From sequence record SRR31156797_150: 56,927 nt of DNA; one strand, written 5' to 3'. This document shows, piece by piece, positions 20,190 to 29,160 of the stretch. The position numbers and the translations under genes were made by a program. Every line of letters begins with the position of its first letter. Position 1 is the stretch's first letter. The notes under the pieces are model-generated. The model was not told where the DNA came from and did no database searches. It was given only the letters and a program-made list of their open reading frames with translations.

Positions 20190-20738
20190 TTAATCGAATT
20201 TTACAACTTCATAAGGCAGTTTCAACTCATCACCGGTAACCAGTGCAACAAGTGCATTCCAAATCAGTTCAGCACGTGGCGGGCATCCGGGGAGGTAATA
20301 ATCTACCTTAACAATTTCATGACATGGATAAACTTTGTCGAGCAGCATGGGCAACTCATCATCGTTTGGAACAATACCTTTTGGATTGTCGCGAACGGTT
20401 GGTCCATTCAGGTATGCTTCGTCAATACATTCCTTGATGGGAATTCCATTACGCAACGCTGGCAATCCGCCCATGATAGCACATTCGCCCACCGAAACAA
20501 GGATCTTACAGTTTTTCCTGAAATCTTTCAACACATGAATGTTTTCGCTGTTGCAGCATCCACCTTCAATCAGTCCGATGTCGCACTGTTTGGTGAATTC
20601 TTTGATATCGTCGATTGGTGATTTGTTAAATTCTACCAGTTCAATCAAATCCAGGATCTTCTCGTCAATATCGAGGATCGACATGTGACAACCAAAGCAT
20701 CCTGCAAGTGATGTAGTAGCAACTATTGGTTTACTCAT
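20190..20738 (-). CDS. hoxY: NAD-reducing hydrogenase small subunit
   Basis: SLAGCFGCHMSILD, IEGG, VGECA, LPGCPP; short form with a single [4Fe-4S] cluster. Confidence 0.93.
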   Translation of the reverse strand: MSKPIVATTSLAGCFGCHMSILDIDEKILDLIELVEFNKSPIDDIKEFTKQCDIGLIEGGCCNSENIHVLKDFRKNCKILVSVGECAIMGGLPALRNGIPIKECIDEAYLNGPTVRDNPKGIVPNDDELPMLLDKVYPCHEIVKVDYYLPGCPPRAELIWNALVALVTGDELKLPYEVVKFD

Positions 20739-20755
20739 TTTATAAATCTCCTATT

Positions 20756-21454
20756 TTAATTTTTTTCAATATCACTACCGATAACTTCTGTATCGTACTT
20801 GCGCTTTCCAATTGGAGTTTGGTAGCCTTTTTCCCTCGGGAGAATAGCGCCAACCGGGCAAATGTCAACGGCCTCCTGAGCCAGTTCATCTGTGAATTGA
20901 TCGCCAAGTTCCGGGTCAACATTGATTTCCAGTTTGATACCTCTCTTCTTGAAAGCGAATACATTTTTACCATCTTCGGTTTTGATGGCACGAATACAGC
21001 GTTTGCAAAGGATGCAACGGTTATGGTCTTTGATGATCTTTGGATTTGAAGCGTCCACCTCGCGTTGCGGGAAGAGATAAGGGAAGCGCGGAACCATCAT
21101 CTGGAACCTGTAGCCAAGCGCCTGCAACTCGCAGTTTCCGCTTTTTTCGCAGGCCGGGCAAAAATGGTTGCCTTCCACAAACAAAACTTCAATAATTGAT
21201 TTACGGATTTCATTGATCTGTTCTGTGTCGTTTTGGATTTCCATACCGGAGCCTACGGGCGTAGTACAGGCTGACATGGGGCGTCCGTTTACAAGAACTG
21301 TACAGATGCGGCATGAGCCTCTGGGTTTTACGCCGCGAATGTTGCACAAAGTTGGAATGTAGATGCCATTTTCACGGGCAGCCTCTACTATATAGGTACC
21401 CTGCTCGGCCATACATTCCACACCATCGATTTTAAATTTAACTAATGTGCTCAT
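20756..21454 (-). CDS. hoxU: NAD-reducing hydrogenase diaphorase Fe-S subunit
   Basis: IPTLC...GSCRICTV...ACTT, EGNHFCPACEKSGNCELQ, CILCKRC, CPVGAI. Confidence 0.93.
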   Translation of the reverse strand: MSTLVKFKIDGVECMAEQGTYIVEAARENGIYIPTLCNIRGVKPRGSCRICTVLVNGRPMSACTTPVGSGMEIQNDTEQINEIRKSIIEVLFVEGNHFCPACEKSGNCELQALGYRFQMMVPRFPYLFPQREVDASNPKIIKDHNRCILCKRCIRAIKTEDGKNVFAFKKRGIKLEINVDPELGDQFTDELAQEAVDICPVGAILPREKGYQTPIGKRKYDTEVIGSDIEKN

Positions 21455-21489
21455 ATTATTAATGTTATGATTTTCTTAAATGAATAAAA

Positions 21490-23298
21490 TTAGTTGAGAT
21501 TTGGAATTCTTCCAACCGCCTCACATGATGCTTTAACTGCCTCCGAAATATCGAAATCACTATCAAAATCTTTGTCTTTCTGTACTTTTTCTTCGTACAG
21601 GTGAGGGAAGTTTTTGATGCTGGTAAGGATTGGGTTACCTGCAGTTTGGCCCAGTCCGCAACGGCTCACTTTCAGTATTTTACCCCATTCTTCCAGGTCA
21701 TTGATATCCTGCATGGTACCTCTAGCATCAAGGATTTTTTCCAGTTTTTTCTTCATGAGATAAGGCAGGTTACGGCATGTGGAACATGAACCACACGATT
21801 CTTCGATGAAGAATTCTGTGAAGTTCAGTACGATTTCGGATAGGATATCGCGGGTATCATCGATGATGATCAGCGATCCACCGGTGGCCAGGTCGGCAAA
21901 ACACAAGGTACGTTCAAAATCAGCCGGCCCGATCAGCGAACCTGAGGGCCCACCCACCTGAACAGCCTGCACGCGTTCCTCGTCAGTACCTACCATTTCG
22001 AGGATATCCTTAACAGAAAATCCCCACTCAACTTCATATACACCGGGATATTTACAGTCGCCCGAAATGCTCAACAACTTTGTGCCTGTGGAATCCTTGG
22101 TTCCGAATTTTGTATACCATTCGCCACCATTGAGCAACACTTTTACTGCTGAGCAAAGTGTTTCAACATTGTTCACAACAGTTGGCATATCCAGGTAGCC
22201 TTTTTCTACCGGAAATGGCGGTCTGTCGCGGGGTTCACCGCGCTTACCTTCTGATGATTCGATCAAAGCTGATTCTTCACCACAAACATAGGCTCCGGCA
22301 CCAAATTGCAGACGGATGTCGAAGTCAAACCCTTCGATGCCACCAATGTTTTTGCCCAGGAGGTTACGATCACGGGCACCCTGTAAAAGATTCTCAAGGT
22401 AGTTCTTCAGATACTTATATTCATGACGGACATAAACGATACCTTCTGAAGCTCCAACAGCATATCCGGCAATTACCATACCTTCGAACAACAACTTTGG
22501 ACGTTCGGTAAGGATTACCCTGTCCTTGAAAGTTCCGGGCTCACCTTCGTCAGCGTTACAGAAAATGTATTTCTTTTCACCTTTGGCTTTACGACAAAAC
22601 TCCCATTTCAAACCTGTCGGGAATCCGGCACCACCACGGCCACGGATGTTCGATTTTTTGATTTCATCGATAACCTGAACGGGTGTCATTTCCGGAAGCT
22701 TTTTCCAGATCACAATACCCGGTGTGTAATCCTCGGAAAGGATTGGGCCTTTCTTACGGATGTTGTTTTGCACAACAGACATGATCAACTCATTGCGGTT
22801 TTCACCATCGCCATAAGAGGAGTCGTGCATTTCTTCCACAGGCTTTCCATCTTTAATATCGCGCAAAATTTCCTTAACCCTGAAAGGTGTAAGGTTGGTG
22901 AAAACTTTGCCGTTGATCAGCGCGGCAGGTTCCTGGTCATTCATGCCGATACACGCAGTATCAAAAAGGCCGATTGATCCGTCAGGCGTTACCTGGCCAA
23001 ACTGGATACCGGTTTCCTTCTCGAAAGTTTCTTTTACTTTTTGACGGCCCATCATGTTGGCGACTGCGCTATCGTTGAGGTAGATAGCGTATTTTCCGGT
23101 GGGGGTGTCGGAAAAGAAATGGTAAAACGACATGGTTTGCTCAACATCAACATGGGAAATGTCCAGCTGGTGTGCAATCTCACTGATTGTCTCCTTTGGA
23201 ATGTAGCCATGCTCTGATTGAACATCAATAAGAACATCCATCAATCGGGTTTTGTCCTTATTGTACTTTTCAATGATGTTCTGTACGCTTGTTGCCAT
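21490..23298 (-). CDS. hoxF: NAD-reducing hydrogenase diaphorase flavoprotein subunit (NuoE-like plus NuoF-like)
   Basis: RGRGGAGFPTGLKW, CNADEGEPGTFKDR, GAGAYVCGEESAL, ESCGSCSTCR, SRCGLG; N-terminal NuoE-like domain with degenerate Cys. Confidence 0.93.
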   Translation of the reverse strand: MATSVQNIIEKYNKDKTRLMDVLIDVQSEHGYIPKETISEIAHQLDISHVDVEQTMSFYHFFSDTPTGKYAIYLNDSAVANMMGRQKVKETFEKETGIQFGQVTPDGSIGLFDTACIGMNDQEPAALINGKVFTNLTPFRVKEILRDIKDGKPVEEMHDSSYGDGENRNELIMSVVQNNIRKKGPILSEDYTPGIVIWKKLPEMTPVQVIDEIKKSNIRGRGGAGFPTGLKWEFCRKAKGEKKYIFCNADEGEPGTFKDRVILTERPKLLFEGMVIAGYAVGASEGIVYVRHEYKYLKNYLENLLQGARDRNLLGKNIGGIEGFDFDIRLQFGAGAYVCGEESALIESSEGKRGEPRDRPPFPVEKGYLDMPTVVNNVETLCSAVKVLLNGGEWYTKFGTKDSTGTKLLSISGDCKYPGVYEVEWGFSVKDILEMVGTDEERVQAVQVGGPSGSLIGPADFERTLCFADLATGGSLIIIDDTRDILSEIVLNFTEFFIEESCGSCSTCRNLPYLMKKKLEKILDARGTMQDINDLEEWGKILKVSRCGLGQTAGNPILTSIKNFPHLYEEKVQKDKDFDSDFDISEAVKASCEAVGRIPNLN

Positions 23299-23391
23299 AA
23301 AATTTTTAATATTTATTGTTGGTTAACTTCTGGTTCTGAAAATCAATGTCATATAGGTTTCATGCTCTAACTTGGTTATTGATTATCAGAG

Positions 23392-23409
23392 TTGTTAATT
23401 AATTAACAA
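23392..23409. promoter_or_regulatory. Perfect 18-bp palindromic operator (Rex-type) at the hoxF promoter
   Basis: TTGTTAA-TTAA-TTAACAA, 2 nt downstream of the minus-strand -7 element. Confidence 0.75.
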
Positions 23410-23411
23410 TG

Positions 23412-23419
23412 CAAAACTA
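23412..23419 (-). promoter_or_regulatory. -7 element of the hox operon promoter
   Basis: TAGTTTTG on the minus strand (TAnnTTTG). Confidence 0.65.
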
Positions 23420-23651
23420 AGCTGAAATTGATAGTGTAACAAACACCCTTGGAATTTAGAAGGGTTATAAATAGTTTTTGGGGTATAAAATTCAGATAAT
23501 CAGTTCTTTAAATGAAATTTAGAATAGATTTAAATTTAATCGATCTAAATGCTTTATTTTGCCCTCGCATATTGGATTTTAAAGGTTGAAGATAAAATGA
23601 TTAGGTGTGGTTAAGTAATCCAATATTTTTGATGATAAAATTATTTTTGCA

Positions 23652-24428
23652 GTGCGGTATTTTATTGAATTGGCATATAACGGATCAGCCTATCATGGCT
23701 GGCAAATACAGGATGAACAAACCACTGTACAGCAGCGCCTGGAGCAGAGCCTTAAATATAAAGTAAGCTTACAGGGCAGGGTAACAGGCTGTGGCCGAAC
23801 AGATACAGGTGTGCATGCCAGGCAGTTTTTTGCCCATTTTGACCTGGACCTTGCCCTGGATAGCCAACAACTTGAAAATTCCGCTCGTGAACTGAATAGT
23901 TTTCTACCTGCTGATATCGCCGTTAAACAAATTTTCAGGGTTTCTGATGGAGCGCATGCCAGGTTCGATGCCATCTCACGAACCTACAAATACTATATCA
24001 ACACCCGAAAAGATCCCTTTTCAGAGAGATTTGCCTGGACATACGGAGTAGCCCTGGATGTGGACGGGATGAACCGGGCAGCGGATATTTTAAAAAAACA
24101 TACAGACTTTACAAGTTTCGCCAAATTGCATTCTGATGTAAAAACCAACAAGTGCAAAATCTCCGAAGCATTTTGGAGTTTGTCCGGTGGACAATTGATA
24201 TTCACTATCAGAGCCGACAGGTTTCTGCGAAATATGGTCCGGGCCATCGTGGGTACGATGGTGGAAATTGGCCGGGGTAAGATTATGGTGGAAGGCTTCA
24301 GAGAGATCATCCAGCGCAAGGACCGGGGTGCTGCTGGTATGTCGGCACCTGCACAGGGGTTGTTCCTGCATAAGGTTGAATATTCCTGGAATGATACCCT
24401 GCCCGATAATGGAAGTTACGACGGATAA
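23652..24428 (+). CDS. truA: tRNA pseudouridine(38-40) synthase
   Basis: YNGSAYHGWQIQ, GCGRTDTGVHA, HARFDA, FLRNMVRAIVGT, APAQGLFL; GTG start 2 nt after TATTTTTG (23642-23649). Confidence 0.97.
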   Translation: MRYFIELAYNGSAYHGWQIQDEQTTVQQRLEQSLKYKVSLQGRVTGCGRTDTGVHARQFFAHFDLDLALDSQQLENSARELNSFLPADIAVKQIFRVSDGAHARFDAISRTYKYYINTRKDPFSERFAWTYGVALDVDGMNRAADILKKHTDFTSFAKLHSDVKTNKCKISEAFWSLSGGQLIFTIRADRFLRNMVRAIVGTMVEIGRGKIMVEGFREIIQRKDRGAAGMSAPAQGLFLHKVEYSWNDTLPDNGSYDG

Positions 24429-24707
24429 GTCGCTGCTGTTATATATGGAGAAAAAAGTTCCTGATCGTTGAAATTCCCGATTGTAATTCATTGCATCAGT
24501 ATATCCCTCCCATGGCATTAAACAATGCCCGTGACTGCTTGTTTAATTTTTATGTTTTCTGCAATATGAAAGCATTTGATAATCGAGCCAAGTAAAAACA
24601 CAGGTAATTTTTTGTACTTTTTCGTATGCATAAATTTAACATGTACCTGTTATTTTTTTAATCAGGCGTTTGTAACATGTTTAGGACGCAAAAAAAGAAT
24701 TACAATT

Positions 24708-25928
24708 ATGGCAAAATGTTTTGCATTATTAGGTTGGAGTTTACCCGTTATCGAAAGTATGCAAAAAACAGGGAAACCCTATGTAGTGGTTTCATTTCCC
24801 GATTTTGAATCTTATGCCCAGGAAAACAATATCCCGTTTGTGTCTTACCATTTTGATGAGTGGAGCGACACGAGCAATTCACTGGATTTGCTTGAAAAGC
24901 TTAAGCCGTTTGACGCAGATGTTGCGGTACCGCTTTTTGAGGAAACTGTAGAATGGGCAGGTACTCTTAATTCGATCTACCGTAGTGATCCGAGGGTACT
25001 GAACAGGGCATTCCTTTTCAGGAACAAGGCAATGATGAAGCGTAAAGCCCTTATTGGCGGTTTGCGTGTGGGCTTGTTTGAGGAAGTTTATAACAAAGAA
25101 GGTGTAAAAAACTTTATGAAAAGATTAAATGAGGCCAACCTGCAAATAGAAGGTGAGGAAGATAGCTGGGTACACATCAAACCATTTGCATCTGCAGGCA
25201 CCGTTGGACACCGTTTACTGAAATCGATGAGTGATATTGACCAAAAGGCTCAGGACGAGGATTTTCCATGCCTGGCCGAAAGTCACCTGCCCGGCACCGA
25301 ATTTTCCTGCGAAGCATTTATCCATGGTGGAAAAATCAGGTTTCTGAATATTACTGAATACGTAAAGCTGGGTTATTCCAACTTCATCCCCGAAGGTCAT
25401 CACCTGCATTCACGGCGCGATAGAATTCTAAAGGAAATGCAAAAGCTGGTGGATATTTTTGGTATTCAGTATGGAATGATACACCCTGAATGGTTCCTCA
25501 CTGAAAATGATGAACTGAGTTTTGGTGAAGTTGCATGCCGTATTCCCGGAGGACATATTCTGGAGCTTGCCGGCAGAGCTTACGGATTTGATGCTTTGGC
25601 TGCGTTTGTTATGTGCCACGATCCAGGCCTCACGGAAGCAGAGTTAAGCGAAATCCTGCCGCCCCTCAATGCAAGACCTGATCATTTCTATGGAAATGTA
25701 ATGATTTATCCCAGAAAGCAATCGATATCGAAACTCGAGATTCCTGATGAGCTTAAGGAAGAGCCTTATTTCTTCGATCATAACCTGGTGCCTCCAATGA
25801 GTACAATGAAAATTAATGACAGGTCCGGTTTTGGCAACCATTTCGGTACCATAAACTTTAAAGGTGGTGATCCCGACCGCATGACTGAATTGCTGAAGCA
25901 TTACGAAAACGTTGACTTTTACCATTAA
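24708..25928 (+). CDS. ATP-grasp carboxylate-amine ligase (L-amino-acid-ligase-like)
   Basis: RNKAMMKR, HIKPFASAGTVG, AESHLPGTEFSCE, MIHPEWF, FGEVACRIPGG; ATG at 24708 preferred over the TTG at 24576. Confidence 0.85.
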   Translation: MAKCFALLGWSLPVIESMQKTGKPYVVVSFPDFESYAQENNIPFVSYHFDEWSDTSNSLDLLEKLKPFDADVAVPLFEETVEWAGTLNSIYRSDPRVLNRAFLFRNKAMMKRKALIGGLRVGLFEEVYNKEGVKNFMKRLNEANLQIEGEEDSWVHIKPFASAGTVGHRLLKSMSDIDQKAQDEDFPCLAESHLPGTEFSCEAFIHGGKIRFLNITEYVKLGYSNFIPEGHHLHSRRDRILKEMQKLVDIFGIQYGMIHPEWFLTENDELSFGEVACRIPGGHILELAGRAYGFDALAAFVMCHDPGLTEAELSEILPPLNARPDHFYGNVMIYPRKQSISKLEIPDELKEEPYFFDHNLVPPMSTMKINDRSGFGNHFGTINFKGGDPDRMTELLKHYENVDFYH

Positions 25929-26014
25929 TATTGCAGTCTGAAAAATTAACCATTACTTGTATAATAAAACTTTAGAAAATCCTTTAGTCAGGCTGTAAAA
26001 TTATTAATGTATTC

Positions 26015-28009
26015 ATGTCAGAACAGGCCGTTTTAAATCAAAATCACCAAATCCTGAACGAACTATTTGATGAGTTTTGCACCGCAACAAAGCTCACCCG
26101 CACAGATAAAGCTCAGAAGCTCTTAAGCAGAATTGATGTTGTGTGCGATTCAAGGGAAGGCATCATCATATTGTATAACATGATCGGGCGGCTGGTTTCT
26201 GCCGGTATCTTTGATGAATCAGCATGGTCTGACCCATCAAAACTTGTGCCGGCACTTGTGCATGGAAGCATGAAGAGTGGGCATCCCACCTCGACCATCG
26301 AATTGCTAAGTGAATTACGCATGCTGGCCATTGCAGAAGGAATAATAATTTCGGATACGGTATCTCACGCTGAAGCTGACGATTACATCCAGGATGTTGT
26401 GGTTTCAAATTTTGAGTTTGTGTTTAACGAACCCATGGAAGAAACCCGGTTGTTTATGAGTAGTCATGAGCGGCGGAAGGCGCATGCGGTGTTTTCTTTC
26501 CTGATGGAGCACAGCACCCTTGATGGAATAAAGCATAAACTGGCCGAAGAGATTAGGCAGATTTGTCTGCAAAGGCCGGTAGTTACCGAGAAGCAAAGGA
26601 AACTTATTGCGCTTATCCATGATAAAATTGATCTTGATCCTAACCAGGCAGAAGATGCTGAGTTGTTGAAGTACCAGAACTGTATTTACAATCCCTCCGC
26701 CAGAACATTGGGAAAAGATATACGAACCTATCGAAGTCTGCTGGAAGGGCTGAGTCTGGATGAACTGATGGAAGAGGCCGCCCAACTGGGTAAGTTGATG
26801 TTGGAAACCGGCCTTGTGAGCGGGTTTCATGCGGTATTGCTTAGGTATCTGGTGGAAGATAAGCGCAGGGATATTGTGCCTGTATGCCTTGGTCTAAGTC
26901 CAACTGGTAAAGCCAATTGGGAAAAATATGAAGCTTTCATATCCGATCTTATCCTGCGCGTGATAAAACCTGCCAACGAGCAGTGCATTTATGGTTTGGC
27001 AAACATGATGGAGCTCGATGTTTTTTCGCGGGAAGTCATCCGGTCGGGAATATCAAATTTGTTTTCCATTAGGATACATCCGGCTGTTGAAGAACGAATC
27101 ATGAAAAGCACTCATGCTTTGCGTGATGAGGTTTCGCCACAGCAATATCTAATCGGATCGGTTATCCGGATTCTTGGCCAGCCCCTTGGCGTGCGCCAGG
27201 GAAATAATCCCACTTGTCAGAGTGCACGTGGCATTAGCATGTGGAGCCAGTTTGCCCCGGCCCGTTTAATCAATATGGTGCAAACGGCTGCCGTGTACAA
27301 CGACCTGACCCTGCGTTTTGAGGATCGCGAAGTTAAATCATCGGAAACAGGAAAAGGACTGGTACAAACCCTTGACTATAATCTGGATGCGGTTTCGGTT
27401 ACCCTGGTTCCCATTCTCGATAAAATTTACAACGAAATGATGCACAGGGCATCAGGACGTGGTGAAGACCCCCATAAATGGGTGAACCCTGCGTTGTATG
27501 GGCAGTGGATACAGGTAGGCTTTGCATCCGCCTACAGCTATTTATCGAGTGCCATCGTTGATTTCAAAGGATTTGTAAGAATTTTTTATGCCATGTGTCA
27601 CCCGGAATACAATGGTGGCTTCAGGCTCGTTTATCCAAACCCGGTGGGCATCTATATTACCTCATCAAAGGGCGAAATGATGGGCTTTCATGCTATTTCG
27701 CTACTCAGGGTGGACAAGGATAAAGATGAAAATTACCGGGCTTACTTTTTAAATCCCAATAATGAAGGACGTCAGGACTGGGGGCAAAATATCAAACCTG
27801 CGGTGGTTGGCAATGGAGAACGCTACGGGGAATCCTCATTACCACTTCACGAGTTTGCTGCCAGGGTTTATGCCTTTCATTACAATAGTCTTGAAACACC
27901 GGAAAATGCAGCCAGTGTTCCTGAAAATGAAATAATGAAAGTTTATAACCTGGCAAAGAACAGCTGGGGAAAATCATATGTTTGGATCGATACACAAAAA
28001 CAATGGTAA
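26015..28009 (+). CDS. Hypothetical protein: helical N-terminus plus predicted papain-fold Cys-His-Asn catalytic domain
   Basis: QGNNPTC (Q395/C401), GFHAISLLRV (H559), YFLNPNN (N580), then QDWG; no signal peptide. Confidence 0.6.
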   Translation: MSEQAVLNQNHQILNELFDEFCTATKLTRTDKAQKLLSRIDVVCDSREGIIILYNMIGRLVSAGIFDESAWSDPSKLVPALVHGSMKSGHPTSTIELLSELRMLAIAEGIIISDTVSHAEADDYIQDVVVSNFEFVFNEPMEETRLFMSSHERRKAHAVFSFLMEHSTLDGIKHKLAEEIRQICLQRPVVTEKQRKLIALIHDKIDLDPNQAEDAELLKYQNCIYNPSARTLGKDIRTYRSLLEGLSLDELMEEAAQLGKLMLETGLVSGFHAVLLRYLVEDKRRDIVPVCLGLSPTGKANWEKYEAFISDLILRVIKPANEQCIYGLANMMELDVFSREVIRSGISNLFSIRIHPAVEERIMKSTHALRDEVSPQQYLIGSVIRILGQPLGVRQGNNPTCQSARGISMWSQFAPARLINMVQTAAVYNDLTLRFEDREVKSSETGKGLVQTLDYNLDAVSVTLVPILDKIYNEMMHRASGRGEDPHKWVNPALYGQWIQVGFASAYSYLSSAIVDFKGFVRIFYAMCHPEYNGGFRLVYPNPVGIYITSSKGEMMGFHAISLLRVDKDKDENYRAYFLNPNNEGRQDWGQNIKPAVVGNGERYGESSLPLHEFAARVYAFHYNSLETPENAASVPENEIMKVYNLAKNSWGKSYVWIDTQKQW

Positions 28010-29160
28010 AACACTCATCCAGAATCGAACTGAAGCAGTCGGCCTATAAAAATAACATTACTTTCATCAGAAAAAAAATAGGCGAGGATGTAATATTATC
28101 TTCGGTGGTTAAAGCAAATGCTTACGGGCATGGAATCACAACTTTTGTTCCAATGGCTGAGGCCTGCGGTATTCGTCATTTCTCGGTGGCCTCCTCCTTT
28201 GAAGCAGAAGCGGTTTTAAACGTTTGCCGACCTGATTCGGAGATCATGATCATGGGGATTATCTACGAAGAAGATATTCCCTGGGCAATTGAGCATGGTA
28301 TAGGCATGTATGTGTACAATTATAACAGATTGCCTGTTGTACTTTCAGCTGCGAAAAAAACCGGGAAACCAGCAAAAGTTCATGTTGAAGTAGAGACCGG
28401 GGCCAACCGGACCGGAATGCCGAATAAAGAATTTTCCAAATCACTAACCTTTTTAAAAAAACACCAGGAACACGTAAAATTTGAAGGGTTATGCACACAT
28501 TTCGGTGGTGCCGAAAGTTTTGCCAACAGGTTTAAAATTGATATGCAGCGTAAGCGATATAAGGCATTTTTGAAGGAATGCCGGACTAAAAGAATATTGC
28601 CAAAGTACCGCCATATTGCCAGTTCAGCTGCTGCCTTATCTATGGAAGATACCCGTTATGATATGGTGCGAATTGGCGTTGCTCAATATGGTTTCTGGCC
28701 CAGCCCCGATATTTATTATGACCATTTGCAGGCAGTAAACAAAAAATCGGATGTTGGTTTGAAAAGGATATTCACCTGGAAAACAGATGTAATGGACATG
28801 CGGCACGTTAGTCAGGGTGAGTTTATTGGTTACGGAACTGCTTTTCAGGCTACTCAGGATATGACGATTGCCGTGCTTCCGCTTGGATATTCTAACGGAT
28901 ACCCCCGGGCACTTTCAAATCGGGGCCATGTGCTGATCAAAGGAAAAAAAGCACCCATTGTAGGATTAATCAACATGAATCTTTTTATGGTGGATATTTC
29001 GCATATTGAAGGCGTCGAAATTGGGGACGAGGTGGTTTTGATTGGACGACAAAACAACAATATCATCAATGTGTCAAGCTTCACAAATATTACCCAGTTG
29101 CTCAACAACGAGATGCTGAGCCGTTTGCCATCTGGCATACCCAGAAAGGTGGTCAGGTAG
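28003..29160 (+). CDS. alr: Alanine-racemase-family PLP enzyme (divergent active site)
   Basis: VVKANAYGHG (Lys37), ETGANRTG, THF, VRIG, IGYG (Tyr277); ATG overlaps the upstream stop by 7 nt. Confidence 0.88.
   Translation: MVKHSSRIELKQSAYKNNITFIRKKIGEDVILSSVVKANAYGHGITTFVPMAEACGIRHFSVASSFEAEAVLNVCRPDSEIMIMGIIYEEDIPWAIEHGIGMYVYNYNRLPVVLSAAKKTGKPAKVHVEVETGANRTGMPNKEFSKSLTFLKKHQEHVKFEGLCTHFGGAESFANRFKIDMQRKRYKAFLKECRTKRILPKYRHIASSAAALSMEDTRYDMVRIGVAQYGFWPSPDIYYDHLQAVNKKSDVGLKRIFTWKTDVMDMRHVSQGEFIGYGTAFQATQDMTIAVLPLGYSNGYPRALSNRGHVLIKGKKAPIVGLINMNLFMVDISHIEGVEIGDEVVLIGRQNNNIINVSSFTNITQLLNNEMLSRLPSGIPRKVVR

Noticed and set aside
19827-20621. 264-aa plus-strand ORF, and the many other 60-170-aa ORFs antisense to or nested in real genes
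   Set aside because: They lie opposite or within well-conserved genes (hoxY/hoxH etc.) and carry no motifs; they are shadow ORFs
20756-23298. hoxF/hoxU as complex I nuoEFG or as [FeFe]-hydrogenase subunits
   Set aside because: Followed directly by [NiFe] small and large subunits and a maturation protease; no membrane nuo genes and no H-cluster motifs
24576-24707. Extended N-termini in the ORF track (ATP-grasp 24576; also 5460, 27982, 31667, 35044, 36093, 36924, 43565, 44365, 53295)
   Set aside because: The extensions are non-homologous, overlap promoter boxes or neighbouring genes, and downstream starts fit the family N-termini better
24708-29160. Ligase plus serine-type racemase as a van glycopeptide-resistance cluster
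   Set aside because: The ligase lacks Ddl/Van signatures, the racemase has no VanT membrane domain, and there are no vanXY or vanRS genes
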